A stretch of 63,428 bases of DNA, the filler included, from Collodictyon triciliatum (Eukaryota), in NCBI GenBank assembly GCA_043381765.1. It is 3 parts of 3 records of this genome, joined end to end, with 100 filler letters (N's around TTAATTAATTAA, not from the genome) between each part and the next. Parts side by side here need not be neighbours in the genome. Positions count along the whole stretch, not along the records: positions 49,659 to 63,428 come from JBHJMP010000268.1; 2 more parts are not named here. One strand, written 5' to 3'. The translations under genes and the position numbers were made by a program. Positions 53,044 to 63,428 of the stretch are shown here, piece by piece (the first letter of the stretch is position 1; each line of letters opens with the position of its first letter). The notes beneath the pieces are model-generated. The model saw only the letters and a program-made list of their open reading frames with translations, had not been told where the DNA came from and did not search any database.

Positions 53044-54273
53044 CACAGCTATTAATGCTTGAGTTCCAGCCTGTCTCATTGGCATCGCGCGTTCCAATGA
53101 CCTGTGCTGGGAAGTCATCCGTCCACGCGGATCTGCAAGATGGAGGCATCAGCTTCCGAGCTGAAATCTCGACCTAATTTCATGCACTGTTAATAACTTG
53201 CAAGTTAAGGAGATGCGAAGAGGAAGATCTGGAAACGTGATGATAATGATGATGATAATGATACTGATACTGATAATGATACTGATAATGATACTGATAA
53301 TGATACTGATAATGATAATGAAAATGATAATGATAATGAAAATGAAAATGATAATGAAAATGATAATGATACTGATAATGATACTGATAATGATACTGAT
53401 AATGATACTGATAATGAAAATGATAATGAAAATGATGATGATAATGATAATGATAATGATAATGAAAATGATAATGAAAATGATAATGATAATGATAATG
53501 ATAATGAAAATGATAATGATAATGAAAATGATAATGATAATGATAATGAAAATGATAATGATAATGATAATGATAATGAAAATGATAATGAAAATGATAA
53601 TGAAAATGATAATGATACTGATAATGATACTGATAATGATACTGATAATGATACTGATAATGATACTGATAATGATACTGATAATGATAATGATAATGAT
53701 AATGATAATGAAAATGATTTTTTTCCTTTATTCGAATGAAAATGATAATGAAAATGATAATGAAAATGATAATGATAATGAAAATGATAATGATAATGAT
53801 ACTGATAATGATACTGATAATGATACTGATAATGAAAATGATAATGAAAATGATGATGATAATGAAAATGATAATGAAAATGATAATGAAAATGATAATG
53901 AAAATGATAATGAAAATGAAAATGAAAATGAAAATGAAAATGAAAATGATAATGAAAATGATAATGAAAATGATAATGAAAAGGAAAAGGAAAAGGAATA
54001 AAAGTAAAGTAAAAATAAAACAAATAAAAAGAATTTCCAATTAATCATCGAATTATGCCCAGGAGGAAAAAAAAAGGACGAAATTAGAATGAATGGAAAC
54101 AAATGGTAGAAGCGAATAGAAGAGGAAAGAGAATATATATATATATATATGAAAAGTGAGAACACGCAACGGCAGAGCAACCTGCAGCAACTGCATTTGA
54201 TCAGCCCGCTCGTCAGCCATTGCATCGTCCCACTGCAGGACATCGGCCACGCCAGCAGACGGCTCCGGATTCA
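53044..54273 (-). CDS. Putative 5' part of a small or unknown gene truncated near the gap at 52801
   Basis: MNPEPSAGV...QMQLLQ|gt, then a microsatellite intron, then ag|VEISARKLMPP...SSINS|gtgag. Splice sites and phase fit, but I recognise no family. Confidence 0.35.
53238..53998. repeat. Compound (GATAAT/GAAAAT/GATACT)n array interrupted by a truncated family B insert at 53719-53734
   Basis: Directly visible; T6-CCTTTATTCG is embedded in the array. Confidence 0.9.
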
Positions 54274-54716
54274 TCCTTCTTCGCGGCACAGGACGACGGC
54301 ATAAACCAATCGAATTGGCCACGCGCCCATCTCCTGACGAGTGCCGAACAACACGGTACTTTGCCCCTGCTTTGCTTGTCGCCTTCATTTCCCTCCCAGT
54401 ACCTCACTCGCCCTACGAGTCTCACTCAGTTCGGTGGCAACCAATCGCACATAGCATCTCTGTTTCAGAGTCCAACTCCCTTTCAAAACGCCTCCCTTCA
54501 CTTAAAGGAAACCCAGACACTTATCTTGGCTATGCACGATACGACAGACGGGTTTAGAAGCGGTATCTCTTAGTGGCGACAGAGCAAGAGAAGTGAAGAG
54601 AAGATAACAAGCGGGAAGAGCGAGAACGAGAGAAGCAACGAGAAGAAAAGACGGTTTTGTTGTTGGGCATGTGTAAATCGTTGGATGAAAGGAATGATAA
54701 GAATGATGGAGTGTGG

Positions 54717-57700
54717 TTATGGCTGCGGCTTCATCACGCAAAGAGATGGCAGGCCGCTGCTCACGCGCGCACTAGCTGCAAAGCCCAGAAAGTCTTGCAG
54801 CGTCACTGTGGATTGAGTCTCCAACGCACCGCGCAAGTCTGCAAGGATTCCAGAGTCGATGTCCGGCATAAGCAAGAGTGCCTCCGCAACAACTGACGAG
54901 ACCGATGAGACAGCCCCAGTCACAGCATTTTCGGCCTGGTTTGCGGATTGCCCAAAGATCTCTGCAAGGGAAAGAACCTCTTGGACAGAAAGCTCTTTGT
55001 TGCCCACCAAAGTTTCGGCGTAGTCGCGGTCTTCTGGTGCGAGGCTCTATGGTGGTGAACGTGATGAATCAGGAGGTTGCAAGAGTGTTATTTGATTGGT
55101 ATGCGGAGTTCTTACCTGCAAGTCTCGCTGGGTAGTTTTGGCTGAGATGCTGTCTGCTGCACTCTCTTCGTTTTGCCTGTCGTCCTGTTTCTCTTTGGTG
55201 GACTCACTGGTCTTCAGGCTCTCCTCTCCAGAAAAATCATCCGGGTATGTGGGGTTGCTTGATTCAGACTCATGAGTCTGCGGTTCTCCGTGAGTTTGTG
55301 GCTCTTCATGAGTTTGTGGCTCTTCACGAGTTTGTGGTTGTTCGTGAGTTTGTGGTTGTTCATGAGTTTGTGGTTGTTCACGAGTTTGTGGCTCTTCATG
55401 AGTTTGTGATTCTTCATGAGTTTGTGGCTCTTCGTGAGTTTGTGGCTCTTCATGAGTTTGTGGTTCTTCATGAGTTTGTGGTTCTTCATGAGTCTGTGGT
55501 TCTTCATGAGTTTGTGGTTCTTCATGAGTCTGTGGTTGTTCACGAGTTTGTGGTTCTTCATGAGTTTGTGGTTCTTCATGAGTCTGTGGTTCTTCACGAG
55601 TTTGTGGCTCTTCATGAGTTTGTGGTTCTTCATGAGTTTGTGGTTCTTCATGAGTCTGTGGTTCTTCATGAGTCTGTGGTTCTTCATGAGTCTGTGGTTC
55701 TTCATGAGTCTGTGGTTCTTCATGAGTCTGTGGTTCTTCACGAGTTTGTGGTTGTTCGTGAGTCTGTGGTTCTTCACGAGTTTGTGGCTCTTCGTGAGTT
55801 TGTGGTTCTTCATGAGTCTGTGGTTCTTCATGAGTTTGTGGTTCTTCATGAGTTTGTGGCTCTTCATGAGTCTGTGGCTCTTCATGAGTTTGTGATTCTT
55901 CACGAGTTTGTGGTTCTTCATGAGTTTGTGGTTCTTCATGAGTTTGTGGTTGTTCACGAGTTTGTGGTTCTTCATGAGTTTGTGGCTCTTCGTGAGTTTG
56001 TGGCTCTTCATGAGTTTGTGGTTCTTCATGAGTTTGTGGCTCTTCATGAGTCTGTGGTTCTTCATGAGTTTGTGGTTCTTCACGAGTTTGTGGTTGTTCA
56101 CGAGTTTGTGATTCTTCATGAGTTTGTGGTTCTTCATGAGTTTGTGGTTCTTCATGAGTCTGTGGTTGTTCACGAGTTTGTGGTTCTTCATGAGTTTGTG
56201 GTTCTTCATGAGTTTGTGGTTCTTCATGAGTCTGTGGTTGTTCACGAGTTTGTGGTTCTTCATGAGTTTGTGGCTCTTCATGGGTCTGTGGTTCTTCATG
56301 AGTCTGTGGTTGTTCGTGAGTTTGCGGTTCTTCACGAGTTTGTTGTTCTTCATGAGTTTGTGGTTCTTCATGAGTTTGTGGTTCTTCATGAGTTTGTGGT
56401 TCTTCACGAGTCTGTGGTTGTTCGTGAGTTTGTGGCTCTTCATGGGTCTGTGGTTCTTCACGAATTTGTGGGTCTTCATGAGTTGGTGGTTCTTCATGAG
56501 TTTGTGGTTGTTCGTGAGTTTGTAGTTCTTCACGGGTTTGTAGTTCTTCATGAGTTTGTGGTTCTTCATGGGTTTGTGGTTCTTCATGAGTTTGTGGTTC
56601 TTCATGAGTTTGTGGTTTTTCATGAGTTTGTGGCTCTTCACGAGTTTGTGGCTCTTCACGAGTTTGTGGTTCTTCATGAGTTTGTGGCTCTTCATGAGTT
56701 TGTGGCTCTTCGTGAGTCTGCGGTTGTTCATGAGTTTGTGGTTCTTCATGGGTTTGTGGTTCTTCATGAGTTTGTGGTTCTTCATGAGTTTGTGGTTCTT
56801 CATGAGTTTGTGGTTGTTCGTGAGTTTGTAGTTCTTCACGAGTTTGTGGTTCTTCATGAGTCTGTAGTTCTTCATGAGTTTGTGGTTCTTCATGGGTTTG
56901 TGGTTCTTCATGGGTTTGTGGTTCTTCATGAGTTTGTGGCTCTTCATGGGTTTGTGGTTCTTCATGAGTCTGTGGTTGTTTGTGAGTCTGCGGTTCTCCA
57001 TGAGCCTGCAGTTGTTCGTGAGTCTGCGGTTGTTCGTGAGTTTGTGGTTCTTCATGAGTTTGTAGTTCTTCACGAGTTTGTGGTTCTTCATGAGTCTGTA
57101 GTTCTTCATGAGTTTGTGGTTCTTCATGAGTCTGCGGTTCTTCATGAGTTTGTGGTTCTTCACGAGTTTGTGGTTCTTCATGGGTTTGTGGTTCTTCATG
57201 GGTTTGTGGTTCTTCATGAGTTTGTGGCTCTTCATGGGTTTGTGGTTCTTCATGAGTTTGCGGTTCTTCATGAGTCTGTGGTTGTTTGTGAGTCTGCGGT
57301 TCTCCATGAGCCTGCAGTTGTTCGTGAGTCTGCGGTTGTTCGTGAGTCTGCGGTTGTTCATGAGTTTGTGGTTCTTCGCGAGTTTGTGGTTCTTCATGAG
57401 TTTGTTGTTCTTCATGAGTCCGTGGCTCTTCACGAGTTTGTGGTTCTTCACGAGTTTGTGGCTCTTCACGAGTTTGTGGCTCTTCGTGAGTCTGCGGTTC
57501 TTCATGAGTTTGTGGTTCTTCATGAGTTTGTGGTTCTTCATGAGTTTGTGGTTCTTCATGAGTTTGTGGTTCTTCATGGGTTTGTGGTTCTTCAGGAGTT
57601 TGTGGTTCTTCATGGGTTTGTGGTTCTTCATGAGTCTGCGGTTGTTCGTGAGTCTGCGGTTGTTCATGAGTTTGTGGTTCTTCACGAGTTTGTGGCTCTT

Positions 57701-60700
57701 CACGAGTTTGTGGCTCTTCACGAGTTTGTGGTTCTTCATGAGTCTGCGGTTCTTCATGAGTTTGTGGTTGTTCGTGAGTTTGTAGTTCTTCATGAGTCTG
57801 TGGTTCTTCGCGAGTTTGTTGTTCTTCATGAGTCTGCGGTTCTTCTTGAGTTTGTGATTCTTCACGAGTTTGTGGTTCTTCATGAGTTTGTGGTTCTTCA
57901 TGAGTTTGTGGTTCTTCATGAGTTTGTGGTTCTTCATGAGTTTGTGGTTGTTCGTGAGTCTGCAGTTGTTCACGAGTTTGTGGCTCTTCACGAGTTTGTG
58001 GTTCTTCATGAGTCTGCGGTTCTTCATGAGTCCGTGGCTCTTCATGGGTCTGTGATTCTTCATGAGTTTGTGGTTGTTCATGAGTCTGTGGTTCTTCATG
58101 AGTTTGTGTTTGTTCATGAGTCTGCGGTTGTTCATGAGTTTGTGGTTGTTCGTGAGTCTGCGGTTGTTCATGAGTTTGTGGTTCTTCATGAGTTTGTGGT
58201 TGTTCGTGAGTTTGTGGTTCTTCGCGAGTTTGTGGCTCTTCACGAGTTTGTGGCTCTTCGTGAGTCTGCGGTTCTTCAGTAGAAAAATCATCCGAGTATG
58301 TATGGTTACTCGACTCGGGCTCATTTTGAACAAGTGTTGGCTTTTGGCCCTGTAGCTCCATTTGTGTCTGCTCATGTGGTTCTTCGTGAGTTTGTGGCTC
58401 TTTATAGATTTGTGGTTCTACATGAGCTTGTAGTTCTTCGTGGGTATGTGGTTCTTCGTGAGTCTGTGGTTCTTCATGGGTTTGTGGTTCTTCACGAGTT
58501 TGTGGCTCTTCACGAGTTTGTGGCTTAATTGACTCACCATCTTGACCTATCGATTGCTCGGTTACAGGCATATGTTCCTCGGGATTTTGTTGGGTAACAG
58601 CATTTTGTTTTTCGACTGTCTCTTCCTTATTCGAACTTGGGTCTGTGCTTTCACTGAGTTCAAACTCATGTAACCTGCTTTTTTCTTCGTCTACACCAAA
58701 ATTGGGTAGCTCCAGTTCTTCGGGCTCTGTGTTCTTCGTGGCACGGTCCTTTTGGTTGGTCGATGTTGCTTCAGATTGTTCCGTGCTTTCAAAATCATCG
58801 AAATAGCTCTTTCCTTCAGGTACGGCTGTGTCTTCTTGCTCGCCACTTACCTACAGGAGGTTACATAAATTTCAATATAAACAGAGCATTACATAGTGAT
58901 AGCGATGTGACAAAAATATACATAAATAATACAAAAAATGATACATGTGAAAAGGAAATTGATTGATACAAGTATGTGTGATTCTTATGAATAGGTATCA
59001 CTTTTATCTCATCTTCATCTTTCGTTTGTTTTGCTTGGATATCCTGTTCAAGAACTGCGCCTCCAGATTCAATTAACCTATCATCCAGGTCTGGAAGTGG
59101 TTCATTTTGTCCTTGTGTTATTTCTTCTGCTGTCTCTTTTCCCTCGGTGTCTTTGGTGCTTTCTTTTCCAGACGAGTCAGAACTGACCGATTCAAAGTCT
59201 CCTTCATATTTTCCCGACTTTGTATCACCAGATTCTATGTTCCCCGAATCATTTGCTGTGATTTCCTCAACATGTTTTCCATCAACTTTGGAAGATTTGT
59301 GTTGGTCATGGTCTGGAGATTCACTTTTGCTGGACATCTGCTCCTCATCGATGTAATCTCCAGCATATTGGTCATCTAATTCGGATTCAGCCACAATTTC
59401 TCGCCTTATGTCTTCGACTTTGTCCATGTCTAGACGTAACTTTGGATCTGTTAATTTTGATGAGTCTTTCTTGTCAACAAAGGAGTCTGCAAAACGCTCG
59501 TCATGTTCAGGAGACGATTGAGTGGAGTGTGACGATTGGAGTGAACTTTCTTCATGTTCTTCAGACGAGTCTTTTTCGGAATCATCGCTTGATTCTTTCG
59601 TTTGGACAGTGGTCTCGCTCTCCTGCTCATCAGATTCCTCTTCTTCCTCACTTCCATCATCTTCCCCCTCTTCCTCATTATCTTCATCCTCCTCATCCTC
59701 CTCATCCTCCTCATCCTCCTCATCCTCCTCATCCTCCTCATCCTCCTCATCCTCCTCATCCTCCTCATCTGTCTCAGTGCCAGTTTCAGATTCTGTATCG
59801 GCTTCAATTTTGTCTGATTCTACTGGCCTTGATTTCTTTTCAGGCACTGGCGAAGTTTTTGACTCTTCGCTCTGCTGGTCTGATTCTGAATTTCTCTGGT
59901 GACTCTTATCTTGGCTTTCTGGAGTGAGATTCAGTGTTCCACTTTCGTCCTGTGAGAATTTATGCAAAGCTACGGTTAATCCCTATGCGTTATTGATGCC
60001 ATTTTATGCCGTCTGATATTTAAGTAGACATTTTTTTTTATTCTTCCTTTCAACTTTTGTGCAGGACCGAGGGATATTTAAGTAGACATGCATATCAGTT
60101 CACTGTCTTAAGGCAACATATAATCAAAACAAAACAAAACAAATTGAAACAAATTAAAACAAATTAAAACAAATTAAATAAATAAATGAATAAGTCGAGT
60201 GAGCTAACCTGTTCGCTGGTCTTCTCGACAGGCTCATCGCCCCATTTGGGTCGGGTAGGTGCTTGACTGGTCATTGGACGCATTCCGTCAAACTTACCAC
60301 CTGGATGTTCGACACCCAAGTTGCTATTTTCATCATCATAATCCTTGTCATTATCGTCATCTTCTTCGTCCCCGGCTGTTTCTCGGTGATTATCACCTTG
60401 GCTTTCCTGTTTACTCTCCGAAACTTCACTGTTATCTTCTGTTTCAGAATTAGCATCTGCATCGTCTTCGCTATCAGACAATGCAAACTTTGTCAATTCA
60501 TCGCTCAATCCTTTTTTGAGCTTCCTTGGTTTCTTAGACTCTTTCGATGGCTGTGAAGATTTAATTGCTTCTTTCTTTTCACTTTCTGAACTGAGATAGT
60601 CCTCCTCATTGAAGGATTCTGATTTTGCATCTTCTAAGATGACGGTTTATTTGAAAAATTAGGTAAAATTTTCTTTCTTTTTTCTTTCTTTTTCCCTCTT

Positions 60701-63334
60701 TGTTTTCCTTTTTTAATGTTGATGATGTTGTTGTATTTTATTTTATTTTTTTTGTTCTTTCTCAGGCGAATACCTTCAGCTTTCTTTTTATCTTCGCGGT
60801 CGGAACCCTCTAGGCTGGCTGTATGCATTTGTGAATGTTAACGTAGTTACAACAATTTGTTAATGATAATTTCAGGATAGACATCAAGTAAATAATTTAG
60901 ATCTCAAAGATACTCACATCTCAAGAATGCGCTCTCTTCCATGTCTTCGCTTCCTGTGCGACTATTGTTTTCTCCATCGTCATACTCATCACCAGGCCTT
61001 GGCAACATCTCATCCTTGATCGTGATATGCTCCTGGATGATTCTGGGAGGAGCTTTTTCGAACAGGACTTCGTTTGCTCCAGCCTTAGTAATGATTTATT
61101 TAGACATTTATTTTTGAAACAAAGGAGATAGGATTATAGGCTCATCTTTTGCAAATTAAACAAGAATTAAATACAGTTTTGAGAATTAAAGTTGGTGAAT
61201 TTGTAGGGAGGTAATCGTATGTGTAAAGTAAGATATAAGGAATAGCAAATAGTGAGGTCATCCCTCAATTAACAATTAGTATGTGTCTAGCACGGATAGC
61301 TGATGGGTAGATAACCTTTTCTGAACCAGTTTGCGATGATTTTCTTGGCCTCTTGTTTGACAGAGGTGTACTGGGTTTACTTGCTAGTTTCTTGACGGTC
61401 TCTGACAATGAAAAATATAAGTAAATGATGATAAAATTACAATAAAGATTAGATAATGATAAACCGGCATAGATAGAGTTTGTGTAATCTATGGACTTTA
61501 ATATGAGATTAATCAGATGAAATTACTATGACATCTACCTTTGGCTTTGATGAATCCTCGAAGGTAGTCGACGAATGTTATAAATGGTGTTGTTGTTTTG
61601 AATGTGATATGCTCCTGTAAGAGCTCATACGAGCATCCTGGATTCTGCTTGATGATGGATTTCAAAACAAGGTGTGCTGTAAAATAGTTGAATATGAGAT
61701 TACGATATCTGATCTTCTAAATAAAAGGCAAAAAAAATAATAATTTATAAACAAATTACGTGATAAGAAACTTGAAGAAAATGTTAAATTCATTGTGATA
61801 GTAACAATACTGCTTTATAAATGAATACCTTTCTCTCTCGCAAGAATTCCATTTTTTTGTCCGGGCGCGCTATTAAATGCTGCCCGCAACATCTGAAGTT
61901 CATCCTTTACAACAAGACTTTCAAAGTTTGAGGCCGATTTCGGAGTTTTCATCTGATAAAAATTAAAATAAAGTGATAAAGATAGTTTAAAAAATGAAGA
62001 TTTCGGTACCGAGTGATAGAATAGTTGGGAATGTCCATGATTAGGAATATAGTTTTTTCTTTTTGATAATAAAAAATACCGATGTAGTTGCGTAAAATAT
62101 AAATAATAATATTACACCCAAGATATTTGATAAAAAAAAAGTACCGTTTGTAGAACTTCAGGCAAACTTGCAGTTGCTGGCCTGGATGACTTAAACGTGT
62201 ATTCGCTTTGTGGTGGATATCCGGACGTTGTGCGGGATTTTGATGATTGCTCAGGTGCACTGTATGGCCGAACAGCTCTAAAATTTGATGAAAAAAATTA
62301 TGAAATATATCTACACAACTTTGAAAAAAAAATTACGAAATGAACGGGATATTGGATTGGGAAGAAGAAAAAAAAAGAAGAAACTTTGATATATTTTTCA
62401 CGATATTTCTTACTCGTTCCAATCCGGTATTTCGGTCCTAACTATGCGCCCGAACCATTCTTGTGGGTGGGTGACTTTTTGGTTGGTCACATCGGGAAGC
62501 TTTGCAATGTTGCGGCGATACTTTTCATTTCGTTGAAAATCATCGGCCCAGCGTTCACGGCTATACGTCGGTTTTCCTGAGACAAGCTTTTTAATGAGGA
62601 CCTAGATTCATGTTAGGTAATCAATTGTCAATTTCCGATTCGTAGTTGAAGAATAAAGACATTCATGTCATGCATAATTTCTTTTCACGGTAGAATAACC
62701 ATGTCAGTAATTCACGCAAAAAGTTATCTATATGATCTTTTAATGTTAGAATAACCTGGTTTTCTGATTCAATTTTTTTTAGCCGCCTGCGTCGGTTGAT
62801 AGATGTGTGAGATTCAATGCTGAAGCTTTTGTGATCAGGAGCAAACAGTTCGTTCTGATTGGAGAATATTGTCTCCATTTTTTCGACCAGGATTCGGTTA
62901 TCCTTTCGGATTGTATTTAAGCGTTCTACATGTGTCAATGTGTAAATTATTTATCTGGGAAGGAAATCACCCAAAATATGGCAAAAAAAAAAAAAAGAAA
63001 AGAGCATCTTATGCGCATGAATATGTCTCAATTTATTGGTGAACGAGGGGGAAAATCTAATGTATATATTGTAAGTTAATCTGCAGACCTCGTTCAAACT
63101 CTTCCCTCTTCAAGTTCTCGTATAAGTGCTGGTGATAAGTAGGAGGATCTAGTGCGGTATTAAGTGATTAATACACAGGAAAAGAGGTAATGCATCCCCT
63201 TGAAACAAATCATCAAACTGTGTCCTGAATCACATAATTGTAATTGTCTAAAGTGACATGATAGAAGTTAAAGCGCTCTGATAAAGGTGAGAATTAAATT
63301 GTGTGCTGTTACATCGTTTAGATGAGTTTCATGT

Positions 63335-63365
<31 letters not shown>

Positions 63366-63370
63366 CTAAG

Positions 63371-63411
<41 letters not shown>

Positions 63412-63428
63412 GAATAGTGAATTTTTTT
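54717..63428 (-). CDS. CFAP97/KIAA1430-domain (Hemingway-like) protein with a long acidic region and a giant hexapeptide-repeat exon; 5' end off the window
   Basis: PPTYHQHLYENLK...ERLNTIRKDNRILVEKMETI...SINRRRRLKKIESENQ-VLIKKL...PTYSRERWADDF fits the CFAP97 domain pattern. Acidic exons follow, then exon 58850-55116 and a last exon 55046-54717. That all exons form one gene is inferred. Confidence 0.7.
55268..58525 (-). repeat. Coding 18-bp minisatellite, (H/R)E(E/Q)PQT, well over 150 units
   Basis: Unit GTTCTTCATGAGTTTGTG on the + strand with variants; open reading frame maintained on the - strand. Confidence 0.97.
60015..60089 (-). mobile_element. Family A micro-insert with 17-bp TSD (intron of the CFAP97-like gene)
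   Basis: GATATTTAAGTAGACAT (60015-60031 and 60073-60089). The insert's reverse complement is CCTCGGTCCTGCACAAAAGTTGAAAGGAAGAAT-A8. Confidence 0.9.

Larger units (their letters stand above)
52449..54747. repeat. About 350-bp direct repeat pair: 52449-52800 and 54396-54747
   Basis: Near-identical at offset 1947; mismatches cluster at the left end; the left copy stops at the N10 gap. Confidence 0.95.

Noticed and set aside
53180-54044. ORFs of (HY)n, (SL)n, (MI)n and similar poly-dipeptide ORFs elsewhere
   Set aside because: Translations of non-coding microsatellites.
52449-54747. LTR/TRIM element suggested by the direct repeats
   Set aside because: No TG...CA termini, primer-binding site or TSD recognised; the right copy is a host gene end.
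55214-58375. Two extra ORFs over 1000 aa (+ strand VVLHEF repeat; alternate - frame KNHKLM repeat)
   Set aside because: By-products of an 18-bp repeat lacking stops in several frames. Only the HEEPQT frame joins flanking exons.
55268-58525. CRISPR-like regular array
   Set aside because: Head-to-tail repeats with no unique spacers, no cas genes, and a eukaryotic coding context.
1-63428. U12-type introns, tRNA, rRNA or snoRNA genes
   Set aside because: No RTATCCTT donor at any junction I reconstructed and no recognisable structured RNA. A covariance-model search would be needed to exclude them.

Overview
Intron-rich, gene-dense eukaryotic DNA, probably from a flagellated protist (inferred from a CFAP97-type gene). 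It uses the standard genetic code and has mostly GT-AG introns full of microsatellites. Two artificial 100-nt spacers (N44-TTAATTAATTAA-N44) join three segments, so synteny across them is not real evidence. Genes I could reconstruct by hand: a LisH/CTLH-WD40 protein, an intronless 920-aa membrane protein with an internal duplication, a low-complexity protein, SPF45/RBM17, acetoacetyl-CoA synthetase, NCBP1/CBP80, an ADCY10-like cyclase with P-loop NTPase, an SLC13 transporter, an IPT/TIG-repeat membrane protein, a DGAT2-family acyltransferase, a DBP3-like helicase, and a CFAP97-domain protein with a giant (HEEPQT)n exon. The most interesting signal is non-coding: about 13 ultra-short (roughly 16-50 nt plus A-tail) retroposed inserts, many with perfect 15-18 bp target-site duplications (TSDs). 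Family A (2 copies) matches the 3' terminus of a decayed L1/Tx1-like element in this window. Family B (about 11 copies, CTTTGAATCGAATAAAGG-An) repeatedly starts at the same 5' nucleotide, which suggests a defined micro-retroposon or a fixed abort point. All calls come from manual reading; no database search was run.
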